Notes: generated from the letters alone by a model not told the origin. Positions 53,850-62,452 are shown, counted from the first letter of the stretch. The stretch: DNA of 64,000 bases from Kiloniellales bacterium (GCA_030064845.1 JASJEC010000019.1:9537-73536); one strand, 5' to 3'. Numbers and translations are program-made.

Positions 53850-54578
53850 GTGTCGGCTCCGGGCAGGCAAATCGACGTAGCGGTCTGGCGTGGCGACGCG
53901 AAGGGCGGGCGTTTCCAGTCCTTCTCGGTGCCGCGCTACGACAGTCAGACCGTGCTCGACGTGGTCGCCTGGATCCAGCAGGAGGCCGACCCGAGCCTCA
54001 GCTACCGCTTCGCCTGCCGGGTCGGCATGTGCGGCTCCTGCGCCATGACGGTGAACGGCCGGCCGCGCTGGACCTGCCGGACCCACGTCGAGAAGGTGCT
54101 CGACGGCGGCCGAATCCAGATCGCCCCCCTGCGCAATCTGCCGGTGATCAAGGACCTCGCGGCCGACATGGACCCCTTCTTCGAGAAGTGGGTGGCGGCC
54201 GAGGGGGTGTTCCACCCGACCGCGGGACGCGGCGACGCGGTGCCGGCGATCAGCCCGGAAGCGGCCGAACGCGCCGAGGCCGACGCCGGGATCGAGTGCA
54301 TCAACTGCGCGATCTGCTACGCCGCCTGCGACACGGTGGCGGGCAACCCGGCGTTCCTGGGCCCGGCCGCGCTGAACCGGGCCTGGACCCTGGTCAACGA
54401 CGCCAAGGACGGCGCCCGCCAGGAGATCCTCGACGCGGTCGGCGGCCGCGGCGGCTGCCACAACTGTCACTCTATGGGCAGTTGCGCCAACGCCTGCCCC
54501 AACGGCCTCAATCCCATGACCGCGATCGCCGGCCTTAAGCGCGCGACGGTGAAGTCCTTCTGGCGCGGAGGGCGCTGA
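53850..54578 (+). CDS. Succinate dehydrogenase/fumarate reductase-type iron-sulfur subunit (SdhB-like)
   Basis: 242 aa with a GTG start. CRVGMCGSC...C (2Fe-2S), CINCAICYAAC, CHNCHSMGSCANACPNGLNP. Confidence 0.88.
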   Translation: MSAPGRQIDVAVWRGDAKGGRFQSFSVPRYDSQTVLDVVAWIQQEADPSLSYRFACRVGMCGSCAMTVNGRPRWTCRTHVEKVLDGGRIQIAPLRNLPVIKDLAADMDPFFEKWVAAEGVFHPTAGRGDAVPAISPEAAERAEADAGIECINCAICYAACDTVAGNPAFLGPAALNRAWTLVNDAKDGARQEILDAVGGRGGCHNCHSMGSCANACPNGLNPMTAIAGLKRATVKSFWRGGR

Positions 54579-54579
54579 G

Positions 54580-54921
54580 ATGCTCGACCTCCGGCTCTAC
54601 CTGCTGCAGCGGCTCTCGGCCCTGGTCATGGCGCCGCTCGTCATCGGTCACATCGCGGTCATGATCTACGCCGTCCAGGGCGGGCTGAGCGCGGCCGAGA
54701 TTCTCGGGCGGACCCAGGGCTCGCTCGGCTGGGCCCTGTTCTACGGCACCTTCGTGCTCGCCGTGTCGGTCCACGGCGCGATCGGGCTCCGGGTGATCGC
54801 CCACGAGTGGCTCGGCATCAAGGGTCTGCCCCTCAACGCTCTAGCCTGGACCGTCTTCCTCGGCCTCCTCGTCCTGGGCGCCCGGGCCGTCTGGGCCGTG
54901 ACCACGGGAGGGGCCCCGTGA
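54580..54921 (+). CDS. Complex-II membrane anchor subunit (SdhD-like)
   Basis: 113 aa, three hydrophobic helices, LLQRLSALVMAPLVIGH. Confidence 0.7.
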   Translation: MLDLRLYLLQRLSALVMAPLVIGHIAVMIYAVQGGLSAAEILGRTQGSLGWALFYGTFVLAVSVHGAIGLRVIAHEWLGIKGLPLNALAWTVFLGLLVLGARAVWAVTTGGAP

Positions 54922-55271
54922 CCCGATACGTGATCCGGCCGCACCGCCGGCACCCGCTCTGGGCCGCCTTCATTCTGCACCGCGTGTCGGGCCTGCTCCT
55001 GGCGCTCTTCCTGCCGCTGCATTTCTGGGTGCTGGCGCTGGCGCTGAACGACCCGGCGGCCCTCGACGGCTTCCTCGCCTGGAGCGAGCGCCCCGCGGTG
55101 AAGGCCGCCGAGTTTGGGCTGGTCTTCCTGCTCGCGGCGCACTTCTTCGGCGGGCTGCGGCTGCTGGCTCTGGAGCTGCTGCCCTGGACGGCGCGGCAGA
55201 AGACCCTGGCGGCCGGCGCGGTCGGACTCTCGGTGCTGGTGTCCGGCACCTTCCTGCTGCAGGCTGTCTGA
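54918..55271 (+). CDS. Complex-II cytochrome b-type anchor subunit (SdhC-like)
   Basis: 117 aa from GTG 54918 (GTGA overlap). AAFILHRVSGLLLALFLPLH resembles the E. coli SdhC SILHRVSG motif. Three helices. Confidence 0.7.
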   Translation: MTRYVIRPHRRHPLWAAFILHRVSGLLLALFLPLHFWVLALALNDPAALDGFLAWSERPAVKAAEFGLVFLLAAHFFGGLRLLALELLPWTARQKTLAAGAVGLSVLVSGTFLLQAV

Positions 55272-55273
55272 CC

Positions 55274-57061
55274 ATGGCGACGAAAGGCGACCTGGAGCGG
55301 CACGACACCGACATCCTGATCATCGGGACCGGCGGCGCCGGGCTTTTCGGCGCGCTGCACGCCCAGCAGGCCGCGCCCGAGGCCAGGATCACCCTCGCGG
55401 TCAAGGGCCTGATCGGCAAGTGCGGCTGTACGCGTATGGTCCAGGGCGGCTACAACGTCGCGCTCGGCCCCGGCGATTCGGTCGAGCGGCATTTCATGGA
55501 CACCATCATCGGCGGCAAGTGGCTGCCTGACCAGGACATGGCCTGGCGGCTCTGCGAGCAGGCGGTGGTCCGCGTGCGCGAGCTGGAGAACGAGATCGGC
55601 TGCTTCTTCGACCGCCACGCCGACGGCAGCCTGCACCACAAGGCCTTCGCCGGGCAGACCGCCGACCGCACGGTGCACAAGGGCGATCTGACCGGCATCG
55701 AGATCATCAACCGGCTGATGGAGCAGGTGCTCGCCCGCCCGGTCGAGAAGCTGCAGGAGCATCGGGCGATCGGCCTGGTGCCGACCCGGGACGGCGCCGC
55801 CTTGGCCGGCGTGCTCTTCATCGACATGCGTACGGGCCGCTTCCGCCTGGTGCGCGCCAAGGCGGTGCTCATGGCCACGGGCGGCGGGCCGACCATGTAC
55901 AAGTACCACACGCCCTCGGGCGACAAGGCGATGGACGGGCTCGCCATGGCGCTGCGCGCGGGCCTGCCGCTGCGCGACATGGAGATGGTGCAGTTCCACC
56001 CGACCGGGCTTCTGGCCGGCGACCACTCCAAGATGACCGGGACCGTGCTGGAGGAAGGCCTGCGCGGGGCTGGCGGCCACCTGCTCAACGCCGCCGGCGA
56101 GCGCTTCCTCTTCGCGTACGACCCCAAGGGCGAGCGCGCGACCCGCGACGTGGTCAGCCGGGCGATCTACGACGAGATGCGCCGCAACAACGATCCGGAC
56201 CAGGTCGGCGTGTTCATCTCCATGGCGCATCTGGGGCCGGAAAACGTCGCCCGGAAGTTCAAGGGCATGGTCAAGCGCTGCGCCGACTGCGGCTTCGACC
56301 TGGCGGGCGGCCGGGTCGAGGTGGTCCCGACCGCCCACTACCTGATGGGCGGCGTCGTGGTCGACCCGGACACCCGCACGGCACTGGAGGGGCTCTACGT
56401 CGCCGGCGAGGACTCGGGCGGCGCGCACGGCTCCAACCGCCTGGGCGGCAACGGGGTTGCGAACTCGACCGTCTACGGCGGGATCGCCGGCGAAACCATG
56501 GGCGCCGACATCCGGCGCGTCGGCGCCCTGCGCGACCCGGACGAAGAGGTCCTGGCGGCAGAGATCGCGCGGGCGAGCGCGCCTTTCGGCAAGCCGGCGG
56601 GCTCGCTCCGGCCGCTGCGCCGCGCCCTGCTGGACGCCATGTGGGACCACGTCGGCGTGGTGCGCTCGGCGGCGGGGCTGGAGCGGGGGCTCGCGCAGAT
56701 CGCGGGCATCGCGGACGAGCTCGGCGAGACCGGGGTCGCGGACGACAACCGGGCCTTCAACCTGACCTGGCACGACTGGCTGAACTTGGCCTCGCTGGCC
56801 GAGACCTCCGCGGTCATCGCCCGGGCGGCCCTGGCGCGGGAGAACTCGCGCGGCGCGCACCACCGCGAGGACTTCCCCGAGGAGGGCGATCTCGAGGCCA
56901 GCTACTTCACCGTGGCGCGGCAGGCGGGCGACGCGCTCTCGGTGACCCGCGAGCCGGTCAAGTTCACCATCGTCCGGCCGGGCGAGACCGTTCTGCCCGA
57001 GGGCGAGCCGGAAACCCTGGTGGCGGAGCCGCCGCAACGAGAGAGGGAGTCCGCGGCATGA
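55274..57061 (+). CDS. Succinate dehydrogenase/fumarate reductase-type flavoprotein subunit (SdhA/FrdA-like), Cys at the FAD-His position
   Basis: 595 aa. DILIIGTGGAGLFGAL, MVQFHPTGL, RATRDVVSRAI, HYLMGGV, GAHGSNRLGGN, ENSRGAHHRED. The segment aligned to RSHTxxAQGG reads KCGCTRMVQGG. Confidence 0.88.
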   Translation: MATKGDLERHDTDILIIGTGGAGLFGALHAQQAAPEARITLAVKGLIGKCGCTRMVQGGYNVALGPGDSVERHFMDTIIGGKWLPDQDMAWRLCEQAVVRVRELENEIGCFFDRHADGSLHHKAFAGQTADRTVHKGDLTGIEIINRLMEQVLARPVEKLQEHRAIGLVPTRDGAALAGVLFIDMRTGRFRLVRAKAVLMATGGGPTMYKYHTPSGDKAMDGLAMALRAGLPLRDMEMVQFHPTGLLAGDHSKMTGTVLEEGLRGAGGHLLNAAGERFLFAYDPKGERATRDVVSRAIYDEMRRNNDPDQVGVFISMAHLGPENVARKFKGMVKRCADCGFDLAGGRVEVVPTAHYLMGGVVVDPDTRTALEGLYVAGEDSGGAHGSNRLGGNGVANSTVYGGIAGETMGADIRRVGALRDPDEEVLAAEIARASAPFGKPAGSLRPLRRALLDAMWDHVGVVRSAAGLERGLAQIAGIADELGETGVADDNRAFNLTWHDWLNLASLAETSAVIARAALARENSRGAHHREDFPEEGDLEASYFTVARQAGDALSVTREPVKFTIVRPGETVLPEGEPETLVAEPPQRERESAA

Positions 57062-58014
57062 TCCCCCTGGACCTGATCCAGTCGACCGCCGAGAGGCTGA
57101 TGGCGAAGGCGGCGATCGAGATCCCGGAAGACTACCTGGCGGGCCTAAAGCAGGCGGCCCGCGAGGAGGACGGCGATCTCTCCGCCTTCGTGCTCCAGGC
57201 CATGCTGGAGAACTACGAGGCCGCCAAGGAGGACCGCCGGGCTATGTGCGGCGATACCGGCTGCCCGCGCTGGTACGTCAAGATGGGCAACGAGGCGCGG
57301 ATCGAGGGCGGCCCCGTGGCGCTGGAGCAGGCTCTGCGCCGGGCGACGGCGAAGGCGACCAGCGACGTGCCGCTGCGCCCGAACCGGGTGCACCCGCTGT
57401 GGCGCACCGACCACGACAACAACGTCGGTATCCAGGCGCCGGAGATCGAGTACGCCTTCGAGCCCGAGGGCGACTGGATCGACCTGATCACGGTGCACAA
57501 GGGCGGCCTCTTCGGCACCGACTACCGCATGCTCTTCCCTTCGGACGGGATCGAGGGCATCAAGCGCTTTTATCTCGACAGCCTGGTCGCCTTCGGCAAG
57601 CGGGGCCTGGCCTGCCAGCCGGCGATCATCGGCATCGGCCTGGGCGGATCGAAGGACGCCTGCATGGTGCTCGGCAAGCGGGCCGCCTGCCTGCGCGTGG
57701 TCGGCGACCGCAACCCGGACCCGAAGATTGCCGAGCTCGAGCTGGCCTTCAAGGAGCTCGGAAACTCCATCGGCATGGGCGCCATGGGCTTCGTCGGCAA
57801 GTCCATGGTGGTCGACTGCCACATCGAGGTCGGCTACTGCCACACCGGCGGCATGCAGATGAGCGTGCACGCCTTCTGCCTGTCGTCGCGCCGGGCGGTC
57901 GCGCGGCTCTGGTCCGACGGCCGGGTCGAGGAGCGCACCGACCCCGAGTGGTTCACCCCTTACCAGCGGCGCGAGACGGTCGACTGGCCGGCCGTCCCGT
58001 TGGCGGCGGAGTAG
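57058..58014 (+). CDS. Fe-S type hydro-lyase alpha subunit (class I fumarase N-terminal / L-tartrate dehydratase TtdA-like)
   Basis: 318 aa with an ATGA overlap with the flavoprotein gene. ...RAMCGDTGCPRWYVKMG..., GIGLGGSKD..., HTGGMQMSVHAFCLSSRRA. Confidence 0.8.
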   Translation: MIPLDLIQSTAERLMAKAAIEIPEDYLAGLKQAAREEDGDLSAFVLQAMLENYEAAKEDRRAMCGDTGCPRWYVKMGNEARIEGGPVALEQALRRATAKATSDVPLRPNRVHPLWRTDHDNNVGIQAPEIEYAFEPEGDWIDLITVHKGGLFGTDYRMLFPSDGIEGIKRFYLDSLVAFGKRGLACQPAIIGIGLGGSKDACMVLGKRAACLRVVGDRNPDPKIAELELAFKELGNSIGMGAMGFVGKSMVVDCHIEVGYCHTGGMQMSVHAFCLSSRRAVARLWSDGRVEERTDPEWFTPYQRRETVDWPAVPLAAE

Positions 58015-58019
58015 GCCTC

Positions 58020-58691
58020 ATGCCCGGTCCGAAACGCATCCGACTCAGCACGACCCCCACGCGGGAGGCGCTCAAGGCGCTCAAGCTCGGCGACATCGTG
58101 CACCTGGACGGGGTGCTCTACACCGGCCGGGAGGGCGTCTACAAGCGCGCCATCGAGGAGGGCCACCCGCTGCCCATGAACCTGCCGGCGGAGAGCGCCG
58201 CCAACTTCCACTGCGCGCCGGCGGCGGCCCAGCGCGAGGACGGCAGCTTCGACATGGGCGCGGTCACGGCGACGGCGAGTTTCCGCTTCTCCAAGTGGAT
58301 CGCCGAGTGGTTCCGCCTGTCGGGCGCCAAGCTGATCATCGGCAAGGGCGGCATGAGCCCGGAGGACTACCGGACCAAGTTCGTGCCCAACGGCGCGCTC
58401 TACCTGACCACGGTCGGCTACGGCACCGGCGCGCTGCTCGGCCGCGGGATCAAGTCGGTCAAGGGGCTGCACTGGCGCGAGGAGCTGGGCCTCGCCCAGG
58501 CCATGTGGGTGATGGAGGCCGAGAACATGGGGCCCTTCCTGGTCGCCTCGGACATGGAGGGCAACTGCCTCTTCGAGCGCGAGAACGCCAAGATCGCCGC
58601 CGGCCTGGAGAAGGCCTACGAGGGCACGCGCCCGGCCGTCCTGAAGCGCTTCGGCGAAACCGACGACCGGACCGACGAGCTGATCGGCTAG
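58020..58691 (+). CDS. Fe-S type hydro-lyase beta subunit (class I fumarase C-terminal / TtdB-like)
   Basis: 223 aa. LKLGDIVHLDGVLYTGREGVYKR..., KLIIGKGGMS..., LYLTTVGYGTGALLG, EAENMGPFLVASDMEGN. Confidence 0.8.
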   Translation: MPGPKRIRLSTTPTREALKALKLGDIVHLDGVLYTGREGVYKRAIEEGHPLPMNLPAESAANFHCAPAAAQREDGSFDMGAVTATASFRFSKWIAEWFRLSGAKLIIGKGGMSPEDYRTKFVPNGALYLTTVGYGTGALLGRGIKSVKGLHWREELGLAQAMWVMEAENMGPFLVASDMEGNCLFERENAKIAAGLEKAYEGTRPAVLKRFGETDDRTDELIG

Positions 58692-58713
58692 TGGACGGTT
58701 GCAAGGTTTCGAG

Positions 58714-58826
58714 CCCTTGATCGACGTCATCCTTCGACAAGCTCAGGATGAGGGTAGGTAACTGAACCATTTCGCCCTCACCCGCGCGAAGCGCCGGGCT
58801 ACGCCCCTTGTCGAAGGGTGATGGTG
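58714..58826. repeat. Intergenic palindromic repeat, family A with a family-C-like module in the right arm
   Basis: cccttgatcgacgtcatccttcgacaagctcaggatgaggg...ccctcacccgcgcgaagcgccgggctacgccccttgtcgaagggtgatggtg. Confidence 0.75.
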
Positions 58827-58860
58827 GCGGTTAGCGCTTACTTGGCAGCCGCTAGATCGG

Positions 58861-59763
58861 TTAGCGCGCCGGCGGATCGCCGTCGAAGCGGCCTATCTCC
58901 GCCGCTTTCAGCAGATGGTTCAGGAGGCGGTCCAGCACCGGGAGCTTGACGCTGTCGGAACGGGCGAGCAGTCCCAGCACCCGCGGTTCCGGTCCCGGGG
59001 AAAGCGCGATCCGCTTGAGGGGCAGGGAATTCGGCGCGGCCACGGCCTGCCTGGGAACAATGGAGACCCCAAGGTTGGCGTGGACCAGGCTGGAAATGAT
59101 GCCGAGGTCGGAGATTTCCATGCTCTCCGTCACCTCGATGCCTCGTGCCTGCAGCCAGGCCTCGATCTGGGCGCCGACCACGGCCTGACGCGAAAAGCGG
59201 ATATAGGGGTTGCTCCGCAGGAGTTCGGCGGGATCGTCGCTCGCCGCCTCTCGGGCGGCCAGCAGCTCGAAGGCCTCGCGCGCGACCTCGCGCCACTCGT
59301 GGCGGCGCGGCAGGGGCGCCATGCGCGTGACCAGCGCCGCGTCCAAAGCGCCGCGCTCGACCTGCGCCGCCAGCTCCGTGGTCAGCCCCGGCACGACGCG
59401 AACGTGGAGCTCGGCGTGCTCCTTCTTCAGCATGGCGAGCGCGAAGGGCACCATCCCGGTCAAGGTGGTCGGCACCGCGCCGAGGTTGAGCTCGCCCCGG
59501 AAGCCGGCCTCGCCAGAAACCGAGGCGAGAATACCGTCGTAGGCCGCGACGATCTCGCGCGCGCGGGCGACCAGGGCCTTGCCGAGCGGCGTCAGCTCGG
59601 GCGCCCGGCGGCTCCGGTCGAAGAGCGCGACCTGCCACTCCTCCTCGAGCGCCTTCATCTGCTGGCTGACTGCGGCGTGGGTGACGTGGACCGCCTCGGC
59701 GGCGGCGGTGAAGGTGCCCTGATCGGCGACCGCGATCAGGGTCCGGAGATTGCGGATCGACAT
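58861..59763 (-). CDS. LysR-family transcriptional regulator
   Basis: 300 aa. MSIRNLRTLIAVADQGTFTAAAEAVHVTHAAVSQQMKALEEEW HTH plus a LysR substrate-binding domain. Confidence 0.88.
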   Translation of the reverse strand: MSIRNLRTLIAVADQGTFTAAAEAVHVTHAAVSQQMKALEEEWQVALFDRSRRAPELTPLGKALVARAREIVAAYDGILASVSGEAGFRGELNLGAVPTTLTGMVPFALAMLKKEHAELHVRVVPGLTTELAAQVERGALDAALVTRMAPLPRRHEWREVAREAFELLAAREAASDDPAELLRSNPYIRFSRQAVVGAQIEAWLQARGIEVTESMEISDLGIISSLVHANLGVSIVPRQAVAAPNSLPLKRIALSPGPEPRVLGLLARSDSVKLPVLDRLLNHLLKAAEIGRFDGDPPAR

Positions 59764-59867
59764 TCCGGTCTTGTAAGCGAAACCTTCAATTCACTCAAAC
59801 AACAGCCGCTTTCGTAAATCCAGACTTACGCTGGACCTCAGCCCCGCCCCGACCGATCCCCCTTTTT

Positions 59868-59962
59868 CTCGTCATGGCCGGACTTGATCCGGCCATCCAG
59901 GAAGACCGAGGCCGTCGTGCCCCTGGCCCTGGATGCCCGGATCAAGTCCGGGCATGACGATC
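59868..59962. repeat. Intergenic palindromic repeat, family B
   Basis: ctcgtcatggccggacttgatccggccatccag...ctggatgcccggatcaagtccgggcatgacgatc. Confidence 0.8.
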
Positions 59963-59979
59963 AAGGGGTTGCGCGACTT

Positions 59980-60744
59980 CTAGATCGCAATCGAGAAGCC
60001 GCCGTCGATCGGGATCGCCGTGCCGGTGATGAAGTCCGAGGCGGGGCTGGCCAGGAAGACCGCCAGGCCGGCCATGTCCTCGATCGTGCCCCAGCGCCCC
60101 GCCGGGGTGCGGGCCAGGACCTTCTCGTTGAGACCCTGCACCTCTCTGCGGGCGTTGCGGGTCAGGTCGGTGTCGATCCAGCCGGGCAGGAAGCAGTTTA
60201 CCTGGATGTTGTCCGGCGCCCATGCGGTGGCGAGTGAGCGGGTCAGCTGCATGATGCCGCCCTTGGAGGCGCCGTAGGGTGAGCCCCAGGGCGAGCCGAA
60301 CAGCGAAAGCATGGAGCCGTTGTTGAGCACCTTGCCGCCGCCGGCCGCCTTCAACGCCGGGTAGCACGCCTTGGCGCAGAGGAAGGCGCTGGTCAAGTTG
60401 GTATCCAGGACCAGATGCCAGTCCTCTTCCGAGAGTTCCTCCGGCCGCTTGCGGACGTTGGTGCCGGCGTTGTTGACCAGGATGTGGAGCCCGTCGAACT
60501 CGGCCGTGACCGCCTCGACCGTCGCGGCGACCGCGTCGGCGTCGCGCACGTCGGCCTCGAAGGCGGCCGCTCGGGCGCCCAGGGTGGCGAGGGCCTCGAC
60601 CGCCGCCGCGTTCTTGGCCGCGTTGCGCCCGACCACGGCGACGGCCGCGCCGGCCTCGGCCAGGCCGCGCGCCATGCCGAGGCCGATGCCGCCGTTGCCC
60701 CCGGTCACGACCGCCACCTTGCCGGATAGATCGAAGAGTTGCAT
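59980..60744 (-). CDS. SDR-family oxidoreductase
   Basis: 254 aa. KVAVVTGGNGGIGLGMA, NNAG, YGASKGG. Confidence 0.85.
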   Translation of the reverse strand: MQLFDLSGKVAVVTGGNGGIGLGMARGLAEAGAAVAVVGRNAAKNAAAVEALATLGARAAAFEADVRDADAVAATVEAVTAEFDGLHILVNNAGTNVRKRPEELSEEDWHLVLDTNLTSAFLCAKACYPALKAAGGGKVLNNGSMLSLFGSPWGSPYGASKGGIMQLTRSLATAWAPDNIQVNCFLPGWIDTDLTRNARREVQGLNEKVLARTPAGRWGTIEDMAGLAVFLASPASDFITGTAIPIDGGFSIAI

Positions 60745-61000
60745 GGATCCTTGCCCCCGAATTTGCGATCACATGAGGCTAGTGCAGGAGCGGCTCGAAG
60801 GGAAACGCCTCGATGCGCGCGGTATTCAGGAGAAGGACCGCTTCGGCCTGCCGGTATATGGCTCTAGCCGGTCCATAACACTGTTGAAGACGAGCGGATT
60901 CGCGCGCTGAAATGCCATGCCGGGTGGTTGCACCGGCGGGTTGGCTCGAAATCCGCCGTTAGGCGTTGGTTGCCTTCGAGGGTCGAGACGAGAGAGAAGC

Positions 61001-62104
61001 ATGAAGCGCATGGTCTTCGCCGCCGTCGTGGCCGGCGCCTTCGCCGGCGTCTTCCTCGCGCAGGACCGATGGGGCGCGGGCGACCTCCGGGCCCAGGCGC
61101 CGCGGGGCGGACCGCCGCCGGAGGCCTTCGCTGCCTGCGACGGCGCGGTCCAAGGCGAGGCCTGCACGATGCGCACGCCCCGGGGCAGCCTCGACGGCGC
61201 CTGCCGGGTCACGCCTGGTGAGGGGCGCCTCGCCTGCGTGCCCGAGGGCGGGCCGCCGCAGCGGGGCGGCGGCGAACGGCGGCTGAGAGTCCATACCGTG
61301 GTCCAGTCCGAGGGCGATCCGGCGCTCTACCCGGCGACCGCCTGGCCCCAGGGCCGCAGCCGGGCCAACGTCACCGTCGAAGGCGGGTGGCGGGTCATCC
61401 GGGCCAACGGCATCCCGAACCACCAGACCGGCGTCTTTCCCAATTCCGGCAACCCGAACCGCATTGCGGAGCAGTCGACCCTGGTGCGCCTGCCGCTCGA
61501 TCCCGAGATCGCGTCGCGTCCCCTGGTCGTCGGCCCTGGACCCTTCGGGTGGGCCATGAACGGCGTTCCCTTCGAGCCGGTCGCCGCCGAGTACTACCTC
61601 GGCCGCCCCTCGACCGGTTGGCGCTACGAGGCGCTGTCCGGCGCGGTTCCCCTCGGGCTCGACGCCAACCACGCCCACGTGCAGCCGAGCGGCGCCTACC
61701 ACTACCACGGACTCCCGACGCTGCTGCTCGAGGCCTTCGATGTTCCCTCCGACAGGCATTCGCCCTTGATCGGCTGGGCCGCCGACGGTTTCCCGATCTA
61801 CGCGCTCGCCGGCCATGCCGACCCGAGCGATGCGGGCTCGCCTGTGATCGAGATGACCTCGAGCTATCGCCGAAAGGTCGGCCGGCGCCCGAGCGGCGGG
61901 GACAATCCTGGCGGCTACTACGACGGCACCTTCGTCACCGACTACGAATTCCGCGTCGGCAGCGGCACGCTGGACCAATGCAACGGCCGGACCACGGTGA
62001 CGCCCGAGTTCCCGGAAGGGACCTACGCCTATTTCCTGACCCAGGACTGGCCGGTCATCCCGCGCTGCTTCCGCGCCCCGCCGGTTTCCGGGTTCCGTCG
62101 CTGA
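61001..62104 (+). CDS. YHYH-domain secreted protein with a Cys-containing N-terminal region
   Basis: 367 aa from ATG 61001. Signal MKRMVFAAVVAGAFAGVFLA; NGIPNH, GAYHYHGLP, ADGFPIY motifs. Confidence 0.75.
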   Translation: MKRMVFAAVVAGAFAGVFLAQDRWGAGDLRAQAPRGGPPPEAFAACDGAVQGEACTMRTPRGSLDGACRVTPGEGRLACVPEGGPPQRGGGERRLRVHTVVQSEGDPALYPATAWPQGRSRANVTVEGGWRVIRANGIPNHQTGVFPNSGNPNRIAEQSTLVRLPLDPEIASRPLVVGPGPFGWAMNGVPFEPVAAEYYLGRPSTGWRYEALSGAVPLGLDANHAHVQPSGAYHYHGLPTLLLEAFDVPSDRHSPLIGWAADGFPIYALAGHADPSDAGSPVIEMTSSYRRKVGRRPSGGDNPGGYYDGTFVTDYEFRVGSGTLDQCNGRTTVTPEFPEGTYAYFLTQDWPVIPRCFRAPPVSGFRR

Positions 62105-62452
62105 CTAATCGGTCAAATAGGCCTTCAGAAGGGTCGCGCTGTTCCGTTCCTCGTCGCGCGCGGCGTAGACGAAGGTAACCGGGCCTTCGGCGCAGAGCGC
62201 CCGCAGCGCGGCGACGGCGTCCGGGTTGGCGTCGAGCTCTGCCCGGTAGCGCTGCTGGAATTCCGGCCAGAGCTCCGGCCGGTGACCGTACCAGCGGCGC
62301 AGTTCGGGGCTGGGGGCGATCTCCTTGGTCCAATGGTCGATAGCCGCCTTTTGCTTGGTCAGTCCGCGCGGCCAGAGCCGCTCGACCAGGATGCGGATCC
62401 CGTCTCCGGGGTCGGGCGGCTCGTAGGCGCGCTTCAGGGCGATGGTGCTCAA
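62105..62452 (-). CDS. DUF488 (YeaO-like) protein
   Basis: 115 aa. KRAYEPPDPGDGIRILVERLWPRGLTK...EIAPSPELRRWYGH is collinear by eye with E. coli YeaO. Confidence 0.8.
   Translation of the reverse strand: MSTIALKRAYEPPDPGDGIRILVERLWPRGLTKQKAAIDHWTKEIAPSPELRRWYGHRPELWPEFQQRYRAELDANPDAVAALRALCAEGPVTFVYAARDEERNSATLLKAYLTD

Noticed and set aside
58861-59763. The LysR gene as the dedicated regulator of the complex-II-like/hydro-lyase operon.
   Set aside because: It is convergent with, not divergent from, the operon, and is separated from it by a repeat. It lies downstream of the SDR gene on the same strand. Its target cannot be inferred from position.
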